Origin: Clostridia bacterium
GTDB taxonomy: Bacteria; Bacillota; Clostridia; Christensenellales; UBA1242
Direction: 5' to 3'
Assembly: GCA_017503005.1 (NCBI GenBank)
Contig: JAFVTW010000022.1
Location: 46,949-110,948 of the forward strand
Length of the DNA: 64,000 bases
Under the pieces are notes generated by a model, which was not told where the DNA came from, did not search any database, and saw nothing but the letters and a program-made list of their open reading frames with translations. Every line of letters starts with the position of its first letter. Positions within the stretch are counted from its first letter, which is position 1. Positions 56,045-64,000 of this stretch are shown here, piece by piece. The translations under genes and the position numbers were made by a program.

Positions 56045-58225
56045 ATGGATATTACATTACAATTATCACAAGAATTTGGTACATCACTTACTCATACAAC
56101 AAATATTATCAATTTGATGGACGAAGGTTGCACAATTCCTTTTATCGCTCGTTATAGAAAAGAGCTTACAGGTAGTGCAGATGACCAAATGCTAAAAAAC
56201 TTTGCCGATAGACTAAAGTATCTTAGAAGTTTGGCAAAAAGAAAAGAAGAAGTTTACAAATTAATCGACGAACAAGGTAATATGACTGATGAAATCAAGA
56301 AATCCCTTGATGAAGCCATTACTCTTACCGAAGTAGAAGATATTTATAGACCATTCAAACCAAAAAGAAAAACCAGAGCCAGTGTTGCTATTGCAAAAGG
56401 ATTGCAACCTCTTGCTGACTTTATCTTGAAACAAGCTAATCCAAAGTTGGAAGAAGAAGCTGCTAAGTATATCGATGCAGAAAAAGAAGTAAACACTGTT
56501 GCCGAAGCTATACAAGGTGCAAAAGATATTATCGCAGAAATGATATCTGACAATGCAAACCTAAGAAAAATCTTAAGAGAAAAAATGGTTAAATTTGGTG
56601 AAATTGTTACCAAATTAAATCCTAAAAAAGCTGAAGAAGAAGGTGCATATGTTTATGAAATGTATGCTGCTTACAAATCAAAAATCAATCAAACACCTAG
56701 CTTTAGAATATTAGCTATTAACCGTGGTGAAAAAGAAGATTTCTTGAAAGTATCACTAGAACTTAAAGAAGAAGATGCTTTAAACGAAATATACAAAATG
56801 TTTATTCTAAAGAACAGTTGTTTCGAAGAGTTACTAAAAGAAGTAGCTGCCGATAGTTACGACCGTTTGATTTTTGCTAGTATCGAAAGAGAAATTAGAA
56901 ATGAACTAACCGACAATGCAAACGAACAAGCTATCAAAATGTTTGGCTTAAACCTTACACCACTACTTATGCAACCACCACTAAAAGGTAAGGTAATCTT
57001 AGGTCTAGACCCTGCTTATCGTACCGGTTGCAAAATTGCTGTTATCAACGAATTAGGTGCAGTATTAGATACCACAGTTATCTATCCTACTCCTCCTCAA
57101 AACAAGATTGCAGAAGCAGAAGACCGTATCTCTATGCTTATAGAAAAACACAATGTAGATGTAATTTCTATAGGTAATGGTACAGCTACCAAAGAAAGCG
57201 AAATCTTTGTGGCAAACCTAATCAAAAAACTAGATAGAAAGGTAGAGTATGCAGTAGTAAACGAAGCTGGTGCTTCAGTATACTCAGCTAGTAAATTAGG
57301 TGCTCAAGAATTCCCAGACTTTGATGTAGCACTTCGTAGTGCTGTATCTATTGCAAGAAGACTACAAGACCCTCTAGCAGAACTTATCAAAATTGATGTT
57401 AAGTCTATTGGTGTGGGTCAATATCAACACGATATGCCTCAAGCTAGACTAAGCGAAGTACTAGACGGTGTGGTAGAAACTTGTGTAAACTCTATCGGTG
57501 TAGATGTAAATACAGCTAGTGCTAGCTTGCTATCACATGTGGCAGGACTTAATGCTGGTATTGCTAAGAGCATTGAAACATATCGTCACGAAAATGGTAC
57601 TATCAAAACTAGAGAAGAACTAAAGAAAGTGCCTAAATTAGGTGCAAAAGCATTCGAACAATGTGCTGGTTTCTTAAGAGTAACTGATGGTAAGAATATT
57701 CTAGACAATACTGGTGTTCACCCAGAAGCATACGAAGCTACTCATAGACTACTTAAGTACTTTAACTTAAGTGAAGACGATATCAAAAATGGTAACTTAG
57801 AATTACTACCTAAATTAGTGGAAAAAGAGGGCGAAGAAAAAGTAGCTCAAACTATCAATATCGGTGTTCCAACATTGCAAGATATTGTTAAAGAACTACT
57901 AAAACCAGGTAGAGATGTGAGAGACGAACTTCCAAAACCAGTACTAAAGAGCGAACTATTAGGTATCGAAGACCTAAAACCAGGTATGGTACTTACTGGT
58001 GTAGTTAGAAATGTAATCGACTTTGGTGTGTTTGTAGATATCTCTGTACACCAAGACGGTTTGGTACATATCAGTGAAATTAGCAAAGACTATATCAAAC
58101 ACCCTAGCGAAGTGCTTAAAGTAGGCGATGTAGTTAATGTTAAAGTTTTAAATGTAGATGTAAACAAAAAGAGAATTAGTCTAACCATCAAAGGTTGCGA
58201 CAAAGCTCCTGAAGAAAATGTATAA
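56045..58225 (+). CDS. tex: Tex-like transcription accessory protein (S1 RNA-binding domain)
   Basis: TIPFIARYRKELTG, YqgF/RuvC-like middle region, C-terminal S1 domain GVVRNV.DFG.FVDI..HQDGLVHISE. Confidence 0.9.
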   Translation: MDITLQLSQEFGTSLTHTTNIINLMDEGCTIPFIARYRKELTGSADDQMLKNFADRLKYLRSLAKRKEEVYKLIDEQGNMTDEIKKSLDEAITLTEVEDIYRPFKPKRKTRASVAIAKGLQPLADFILKQANPKLEEEAAKYIDAEKEVNTVAEAIQGAKDIIAEMISDNANLRKILREKMVKFGEIVTKLNPKKAEEEGAYVYEMYAAYKSKINQTPSFRILAINRGEKEDFLKVSLELKEEDALNEIYKMFILKNSCFEELLKEVAADSYDRLIFASIEREIRNELTDNANEQAIKMFGLNLTPLLMQPPLKGKVILGLDPAYRTGCKIAVINELGAVLDTTVIYPTPPQNKIAEAEDRISMLIEKHNVDVISIGNGTATKESEIFVANLIKKLDRKVEYAVVNEAGASVYSASKLGAQEFPDFDVALRSAVSIARRLQDPLAELIKIDVKSIGVGQYQHDMPQARLSEVLDGVVETCVNSIGVDVNTASASLLSHVAGLNAGIAKSIETYRHENGTIKTREELKKVPKLGAKAFEQCAGFLRVTDGKNILDNTGVHPEAYEATHRLLKYFNLSEDDIKNGNLELLPKLVEKEGEEKVAQTINIGVPTLQDIVKELLKPGRDVRDELPKPVLKSELLGIEDLKPGMVLTGVVRNVIDFGVFVDISVHQDGLVHISEISKDYIKHPSEVLKVGDVVNVKVLNVDVNKKRISLTIKGCDKAPEENV

Positions 58226-58269
58226 TTGAAAACAAAAAAAAGAACTGGGTTTCCAGTTCTTTTTTCTTA

Positions 58270-58761
58270 TTATTTTCTATCCATACCTTCGTTGGATTTT
58301 GTGTAAGCGATGTATTCATCATGTGCAAATTTTGCATCGTTTAGAGCACCATCGATATGTTTTACACAAATTTCTTTTCTTAGTAGTACTTGATTGTGTG
58401 TGTCGTTTACTGTAAATCTATCAGCTTCGCTAATATCACTAGCAAGTACTTGGTTGTACCAGCTTTGTTCTTTGTAGAATTCGCCTTCTACTACAGCAGC
58501 ATCTATTACCATAGCATCTGTTTTTGATTTGTACATAGGCTCTGTAAGTGGTCTGCCTTCTGCATAAGCTTTAGCTACATTTTGTGATTTGATACTTAGG
58601 CTTTTTAGTCCTGTGTTTACAATCACATTTTTGGCTGAAATCAACTCTTCAGCACACATCATATATTCTTCCACGGAAATTCCATCTTCCATCATTTCTG
58701 CTTCTTTAGCTTCGTGGCGAATTAGAAATTCATTCCACATATTTTCTGTTAAATCTTTCAT
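58270..58761 (-). CDS. hypothetical protein (163 aa)
   Basis: ORF with an upstream terminator context. No motif recognised. Confidence 0.45.
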   Translation of the reverse strand: MKDLTENMWNEFLIRHEAKEAEMMEDGISVEEYMMCAEELISAKNVIVNTGLKSLSIKSQNVAKAYAEGRPLTEPMYKSKTDAMVIDAAVVEGEFYKEQSWYNQVLASDISEADRFTVNDTHNQVLLRKEICVKHIDGALNDAKFAHDEYIAYTKSNEGMDRK

Positions 58762-58891
58762 AGCATAATTTCCTTAAGTTATATTTTTTTAACACAGATA
58801 TTTTATCATATCATACCACTATTTTCAATACCCATTTGTGATTTTTAGTGTAAATTGTAATGGAATTGTATGCAACAAAAAAAAGGATTGA

Positions 58892-59383
58892 TTAGTCAAT
58901 CCTTCCTGTAAGCTCGCCTGTGTTTTTTAGACTAAAGAAATCGTTTTGTCTAAGTGCTTCGTATACAATAATTGCTACCGAATTAGATAGATTTAGGCTT
59001 CTAGCACCATCTGTCATAGGTATTCTTATACAATCTTCGTAGTGCTCTTTTAGTAGACTTTCTCTTAGTCCATAGCTTTCTTTGCCAAATACGATAAAAC
59101 AATCTTTGGGGTATTCCACTTCGGCATAGGTGTGTTTACTTTTGGTGCTAGCAAAGTAGAATTGTTTGTCTTTGTTTGCTTCATATATCTCTTCGAAACT
59201 ATCTACTACTTCAAAGTTTGATAGGCTAAAGTAGTCTAATCCTGCTCTTTTGAAATGTTTGTCGTCTAGTACAAATCCTAGTGGTTTGACCATGTATAGT
59301 TTGCAACCAGTAGCTGCACAAGTTCTTATTATATTGCCAGCATTTTGTGGAATTTCTGGCTCTACTAATACTACTGAAATCAT
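58892..59383 (-). CDS. trmL: tRNA (cytidine/uridine-2'-O-)-methyltransferase TrmL (SpoU family)
   Basis: VVLVEPEIPQNAGNIIRTCAATG...NLSNSVAIIVYE. Confidence 0.85.
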   Translation of the reverse strand: MISVVLVEPEIPQNAGNIIRTCAATGCKLYMVKPLGFVLDDKHFKRAGLDYFSLSNFEVVDSFEEIYEANKDKQFYFASTKSKHTYAEVEYPKDCFIVFGKESYGLRESLLKEHYEDCIRIPMTDGARSLNLSNSVAIIVYEALRQNDFFSLKNTGELTGRID

Positions 59384-59408
59384 ATTAAAGTCCTTAATTT
59401 AGTGTTTT

Positions 59409-59561
59409 TTACCAATCGTATGGTCCATTATTGTGAGTTTTGACATCGTCATAGAATTCAAAATATTTTTGCTTAAAATTGCTAGGCTGTGGCTTTACAA
59501 TTTTTTTCTTTGGTTGTGGTGGTTTTGTGTTTTTAGGTTGTGGTGTTACAGAGTTGTCCAT
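59409..59561 (-). CDS. possible small Pro/Lys-rich protein (50 aa)
   Basis: Hand-translated MDNSVTPQPKNTKPPQPKKK.... The ATG is 1 nt after the rdgB stop. Below the ORF-track cutoff. Confidence 0.25.
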   Translation of the reverse strand: MDNSVTPQPKNTKPPQPKKKIVKPQPSNFKQKYFEFYDDVKTHNNGPYDW

Positions 59562-59562
59562 A

Positions 59563-60150
59563 CTATTTACCTAATTGTCTTTTTAATTCTTCTATAGCTC
59601 TACCACGGTGAGAAACTTTGTTTTTCTCTTCTGCTGTGGCATTGCCGAAAGTTTTGCCTAGTTCAGTTGAGTGGAATAGGCAGTCAAAACCAAAACTTGT
59701 GTCGCCATCTTCAAAAGTTGTAATTGTACCATGTACTTCGCCCTGAGCTACTATTAGTTCGCCGGTTGGTTTTAGTAGAGTGATACAGCATACAAATTTG
59801 GCACTTCTATCTTCTACACCTTGCATTACTCGTAGTAGTTTGTCTCTGTTTGCTTGGTGGTTATGTTCGCCTGCATATCTAGCACTATATACACCAGGTT
59901 CGCCATTTAGAGCATCTACACACAGACCACTATCATCTGCCATAACCATATAGTCTAAATTTTTAGATTTTAGATATTTTGATATTGCGGCTGTTTTTAT
60001 TTTAGAGTTTTCTACAAATGTAGTACCGTTTTCTTCTATATCTTCATTAAATCCAACTTCTGCCATAGGCACAATATTGTATTCAGTCAAAATTTCTTTA
60101 AACTCTTTGATTTTGTGAGCATTGTTTGATGCTAGTACGATTGTTTCCAT
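59563..60150 (-). CDS. rdgB: non-canonical purine NTP pyrophosphatase (RdgB/HAM1 family)
   Basis: VLASNNAHKIKEF, EENGTTF.ENS.IK, DDSGL.VDAL.G.PGVYSARY, and SHRG.A. Confidence 0.85.
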   Translation of the reverse strand: METIVLASNNAHKIKEFKEILTEYNIVPMAEVGFNEDIEENGTTFVENSKIKTAAISKYLKSKNLDYMVMADDSGLCVDALNGEPGVYSARYAGEHNHQANRDKLLRVMQGVEDRSAKFVCCITLLKPTGELIVAQGEVHGTITTFEDGDTSFGFDCLFHSTELGKTFGNATAEEKNKVSHRGRAIEELKRQLGK

Positions 60151-60211
60151 ATTTTAATCTTCCTTGTGGTTTATTTGCATAACAAAAGGGGATTGTATAC
60201 CCCTTTTAGAT

Positions 60212-60862
60212 TTATTGTTTCTTTTGTTTTCTTAGTTTGGTAAGAGCTAATTTTTTAACTTCCTCAAAGTAAGAAGTATATGCTGTATATTGAATAGGTG
60301 AGTGGCAAATCAAGTTTACTTGTTTGATGTTTTTAAACTCGCTTAATGCATTTGAAACTGTAGTAATTACTATAGGTAAAGATAGTCTAGTAGGGAAACC
60401 AAATATTCCGTTTGAGATAGCAGGGAATGTGATTACACCTAGTTTGTTTTCGTCAGCAAGTTTCATACTATTGTAGTAACAACTAGCTAGTTGGTCGCTG
60501 ATTTCTTCTCTGTCTTCACGACTATATACAGGACCTACTGTGTGTATAATTTTTTTGCAAGGTAGTTTGTAAGCTTTTGTGATTTTTGCTTCACCAGTTT
60601 TGCAACCACCTAATTTTGCACATTCGTCAGTTAGTTTAGGACCAGCAGCCTTATGTATAGCTAGGTCTACACCACCACCACATCTTAGTGTTTTGCTGGC
60701 AGAATTTACTATAGCATCACAATGGATTTTGGTAATATCACCGAAAACAATTTCTACTTTTCTCAAGTTTTCTAGTTGTTCTTCAGTTAGTTCTGGAAAT
60801 TCGCTTTTGTCATAGTTAAATACACATTTTTTGATTGTGTTGCAAGAAGTTAATTTTGCCAT
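60212..60862 (-). CDS. macro domain protein (ADP-ribose binding/hydrolase)
   Basis: GDIT...CDAIVNSA......GGGVD.AIH.AAG and HTVGP motifs. Confidence 0.8.
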   Translation of the reverse strand: MAKLTSCNTIKKCVFNYDKSEFPELTEEQLENLRKVEIVFGDITKIHCDAIVNSASKTLRCGGGVDLAIHKAAGPKLTDECAKLGGCKTGEAKITKAYKLPCKKIIHTVGPVYSREDREEISDQLASCYYNSMKLADENKLGVITFPAISNGIFGFPTRLSLPIVITTVSNALSEFKNIKQVNLICHSPIQYTAYTSYFEEVKKLALTKLRKQKKQ

Positions 60863-61017
60863 ATCTCCACCTTCTTTTTTGATTTAGTCCATATTTCTAA
60901 TTTTAATTATATTTTATTATATCACACTATATTTATTTGTGTAAATTCAAATAAATATAATTAGCTAAAAATAGCTTGTATCCAAATTTAGACAAAAAAG
61001 ATGCACAACTGCATCTT

Positions 61018-61866
61018 TTAGTATATATTATTTTGATTTTTAAATGCTTTTATTGTGTTTTTAAGTAGTAGTGCAATTGTAAGTGGACCTACTCCACCAG
61101 GTACTGGTGTGATGTAGCTGGCTTTTTGACTAACTGCTTCAAAATCGGCATCGCCACATAGTCCATTCTCTGTTCTTACTATAGATACATCTATAACTAC
61201 TGCACCATCTTTTATCATATCGGCAGTTAAAAAGTTCTTTTTGCCCACTGCAGTGATTACAATATCGGCATTTTTTGTGTGTTCTACCAGATTTTTTGTG
61301 TGGCTATGGCACATAGTAACAGTGGCATTTTGAGCAGTAAGTAATGCAAACAAAGGTTTGCCCACTAGTATGCTTCTGTTTATGATAGTAGCATTTTTGC
61401 CTTTTAGGTCTATTTTGTATTCCTTAAACAACTCCATTATACCACTAGGTGTACAAGCTACTAGTCCGTCTTCGCCAGTAAGCAGTCTACCCATATTTTC
61501 TTGACCCAAACCGTCTACATCTTTGTCTGCGGATATGCAGTTTAGGGCTTGTCGTTCGTTTAAGTGTTTTGGTAGTGGTAGTTGTAGTAGTATGCCATTG
61601 ATTGTGTTGTCAGCATTTAGATCTTTTAGTTTGCTTTCTAAATCTTCTTGAGTGGTGTCTTCTGGTAGTTCTACCGATACACTCTCTATTCCTACAAAAG
61701 CACAAGCATTCTTTTTGTTTTTTACATATACACAGCTAGCAGGGTCACTACCTACTAGTACTACAGCTAATTTTGGTTTTTTGTTGTATGTGTTATTTAT
61801 ATTTTCCACTGCTACTTTCAGTTCTTCTTTTATCTTTGTTGCCAAAGCTTTACCATCTAAAATCAT
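61018..61866 (-). CDS. folD: bifunctional methylenetetrahydrofolate dehydrogenase/cyclohydrolase
   Basis: ILDGKALA, LAVVLVG.DPAS..YV..K, GILLQLPLP, and TPVPGGVGP.T. Confidence 0.95.
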   Translation of the reverse strand: MILDGKALATKIKEELKVAVENINNTYNKKPKLAVVLVGSDPASCVYVKNKKNACAFVGIESVSVELPEDTTQEDLESKLKDLNADNTINGILLQLPLPKHLNERQALNCISADKDVDGLGQENMGRLLTGEDGLVACTPSGIMELFKEYKIDLKGKNATIINRSILVGKPLFALLTAQNATVTMCHSHTKNLVEHTKNADIVITAVGKKNFLTADMIKDGAVVIDVSIVRTENGLCGDADFEAVSQKASYITPVPGGVGPLTIALLLKNTIKAFKNQNNIY

Positions 61867-62066
61867 ACTTCACCTCATATCCTTTTTAGTTTAACAAATT
61901 TTGGATTTTATGTAAAAGATATTGATTAGTCAACTTTTGTTTTTTTGTAGGTTATATTCTATTTTGAAAAAAACATATTATGATAGGCGACATTTTATTT
62001 TTATGTTTTATAAATATATGGTACACTTAATATCGGGTGGCAAATATATAGTTAAGGAGATTTTGT

Positions 62067-63521
62067 ATGGCAGAAAACAAAAAGTATGATGCAATCATAG
62101 TGGGTATGGGACCTGGTGGAATTTTTTGTGCTTATGAATTAGTAAAACTAGGTAAACACAAAAATATTTTACTTATAGACCAAGGCAGATCTATATTTGA
62201 AAGGGCTTGTCCTATGGCTAAGGCAGGTAAATGTCTAAAATGTCAACCTTGTGCAATCACAAGTGGATTTTCGGGGGCAGGTGCATTTTCTGACGGCAAA
62301 CTTCTTTGCTATCATTTGTCAGATTATGATAACAATGGCAGTATGTATCTAAGTGGTAGTGGTGGCGACTACATTATGCAATTCTTGACCGAACCAGAAA
62401 TGAAAGAGTTATTAGACTACACAGACAAAATTTATTTGAGCTTTGGTGCAGATGAAAAACTAGAAGGTACTACTTTCAAAGAAGAAATCAAAAAAATGCA
62501 AGCTAAGGCTCTAAAAGAAAACTTAAAACTTATAGATATTCCTATTAGGCATTTGGGCACAGAAAAGGCTCATGCACTATATGGTAGAGTGCAAGACTTT
62601 TTGAGTGAAAACAATGTGAAAATGAGATTCTTAACATCTTGTAAAGATATTGTAGTAGAAGGCGATACAGTAAAAGCTGTGGTTGTACTAGATCAAAAAA
62701 CTGGCAAAGAAGAAACCATATATGGCGACCATATTGTAATGGCTACAGGTCGTAAAGGTGCTAGCTGGTTAAGTGATGTTTGTAACAAACACAACATCAA
62801 AAAAGAAGTGGGACCTGTAGATATTGGTATTCGTTATGAGCTAAAAAATGAAGTAATGGACAAAGTAAATAAGTATATGTATGAAGGTAGATTTGTAGGC
62901 AAACCTGCACCATACTGCGATACAGTTCGCACTTTCTGTCAAAATCCTGGTGGTTTTGTGTCAGCAGAAGTGTATGACAATAATTTAACTTTGTGTAATG
63001 GTCATAGCTACAAAGACAAAAAGAGCGACAATACAAACTTAGCAATTTTGGTAACACATCACTTTAGAGAACCATTCAACAAGCCTATAGAGTATGGTAT
63101 CAATGTGGGTGAAAATATGAACACTCTAAGTAATGGTAATATACTAGTACAAAGATTGGGTGACATATATCGTGGTAAACGAACATGGCCAGAAGAGCTA
63201 GAAAACAATAAGGTAAAACCAACCCTAAAAACTGCCGTGGCAGGTGATATCACATTTGCTCTAGGTTATAGAACAATGACAGACATCTTACAATTTATTA
63301 GAAGTGTAGACAAGGTTGTAGAAGGCTTTGCTGATCCGGAAAATTTGTTGTATGCTCCTGAGATTAAGTTCTATTCAAATAGAATTAAAGTAAACAAGGA
63401 TTTTGAGACAAGTATCAAAAATATGTATTCTATAGGAGAATGTGGTGGACTTACTACTGGGCTTTCTAAGGCAAGTGCTTCTGGTGTAAGAATGGCACAA
63501 ATATTAGATAAGAAGTTTTAA
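62067..63521 (+). CDS. FAD-dependent oxidoreductase (COG2509-type uncharacterised dehydrogenase)
   Basis: N-terminal dinucleotide-binding YDAIIVGMGPGG; 484 aa. Confidence 0.65.
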   Translation: MAENKKYDAIIVGMGPGGIFCAYELVKLGKHKNILLIDQGRSIFERACPMAKAGKCLKCQPCAITSGFSGAGAFSDGKLLCYHLSDYDNNGSMYLSGSGGDYIMQFLTEPEMKELLDYTDKIYLSFGADEKLEGTTFKEEIKKMQAKALKENLKLIDIPIRHLGTEKAHALYGRVQDFLSENNVKMRFLTSCKDIVVEGDTVKAVVVLDQKTGKEETIYGDHIVMATGRKGASWLSDVCNKHNIKKEVGPVDIGIRYELKNEVMDKVNKYMYEGRFVGKPAPYCDTVRTFCQNPGGFVSAEVYDNNLTLCNGHSYKDKKSDNTNLAILVTHHFREPFNKPIEYGINVGENMNTLSNGNILVQRLGDIYRGKRTWPEELENNKVKPTLKTAVAGDITFALGYRTMTDILQFIRSVDKVVEGFADPENLLYAPEIKFYSNRIKVNKDFETSIKNMYSIGECGGLTTGLSKASASGVRMAQILDKKF

Positions 63522-63650
63522 ATAGAAAACACACCGATGGGTGTGTTTTTTTGTTTTAAAAATATTTTATTTTTAAGTTTAAAGCATATTGAAATGTTAG
63601 CTTTTATTTGATATAATATTTACAATAGAAAATATGTGTGAGGTGTCGAT

Positions 63651-64000
63651 ATGGATTCAAAAAGAATTAGAAAAGCAATTTTGGAACTTATTGCACTAAG
63701 GAATTTGCAAGGAACTAGCTATGAGCATATTGTTAGTAGGGTTTCAGCAGAATTAAAGAATCAAGGTGTTAGCAAAAAGAGTGTAGCTAAAGAACTTGAT
63801 GCTATTTTAACTACTGGTCAATTAAAAAGAGTAAGACCAGAAGGTAAGAAAGATACTGTTATTCAATTTGGCGAAAGTGGTCAAAAAGGAACATTGTTTG
63901 TTCTTGGTCCTAGCCAAGGTGGATACATTGTGCCTACAGGCTCTGGTAAGAGAGTTCCTGTGCCATATGGTGTATGCAAAGGATACAAAAATGGTGATGT
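63651..64000 (+). CDS. probable ribonuclease R, N-terminal part (3' end outside window)
   Basis: ATG after GAGGTG, open to the window end. Winged-helix-like N-terminus followed by G.L......GGYIVP......V.VP.......NGD as in RNase R N-termini. Confidence 0.45.
   Translation, partial: MDSKRIRKAILELIALRNLQGTSYEHIVSRVSAELKNQGVSKKSVAKELDAILTTGQLKRVRPEGKKDTVIQFGESGQKGTLFVLGPSQGGYIVPTGSGKRVPVPYGVCKGYKNGD

Noticed and set aside
1-64000. CRISPR arrays, rRNA genes, IS elements/transposases
   Set aside because: Scanning by eye found no regularly spaced direct repeats, no rRNA-like conserved blocks and no transposase-like ORFs. The only repeats found are those reported above.

Overview
AT-rich Bacillota-type chromosomal segment, annotated by eye from the sequence and ORF track. 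All family names come from recalled motif signatures, not from database searches. Positions 1-39.3 kb and 55.8-64 kb are ordinary core genome: gatCAB, glyA, uppS, galU, folD, tex, trmL, rdgB, queH, an ABC exporter, an envelope/lipid gene cluster, and NUDIX/deaminase/glycosylase sanitation genes. Two regions stand out. (1) At 12.9-13.6 kb there is an orphan unit running from a promoter to an intrinsic terminator. It has no credible ORF, its interior is more GC-rich than its flanks, and a 28-bp perfect helix pairs its two ends. I read it as a candidate large structured ncRNA of about 0.6 kb, in the ROOL/OLE/GOLLD size class, with family unverified. (2) At 39.4-55.7 kb there is a ~16.3 kb accessory island abutting the 3' end of a tRNA-Ser(UGA) gene, with no integrase. 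It is subdivided by four intergenic copies of the tRNA 3'-end motif, each next to its own terminator hairpin, which suggests serial accretion of small elements. The island is densely packed with defence-type genes. These are a MuF-motif/DUF6883-like plus DUF4926-like pair, and a stand-alone minimal nucleotidyltransferase cassette bracketed by ~195-bp diverged direct repeats. There is also a DUF2188-KAP NTPase operon with a nearby membrane protein, and an m5C methyltransferase followed by two nuclease-like genes. The rest are a CoiA-like nuclease with topoisomerase-type zinc ribbons, a HEPN protein, an AAA ATPase plus RloB-like pair, and an overlapping MazG-like plus HNH pair. No CRISPR array, rRNA, transposase or prophage structural module was seen.
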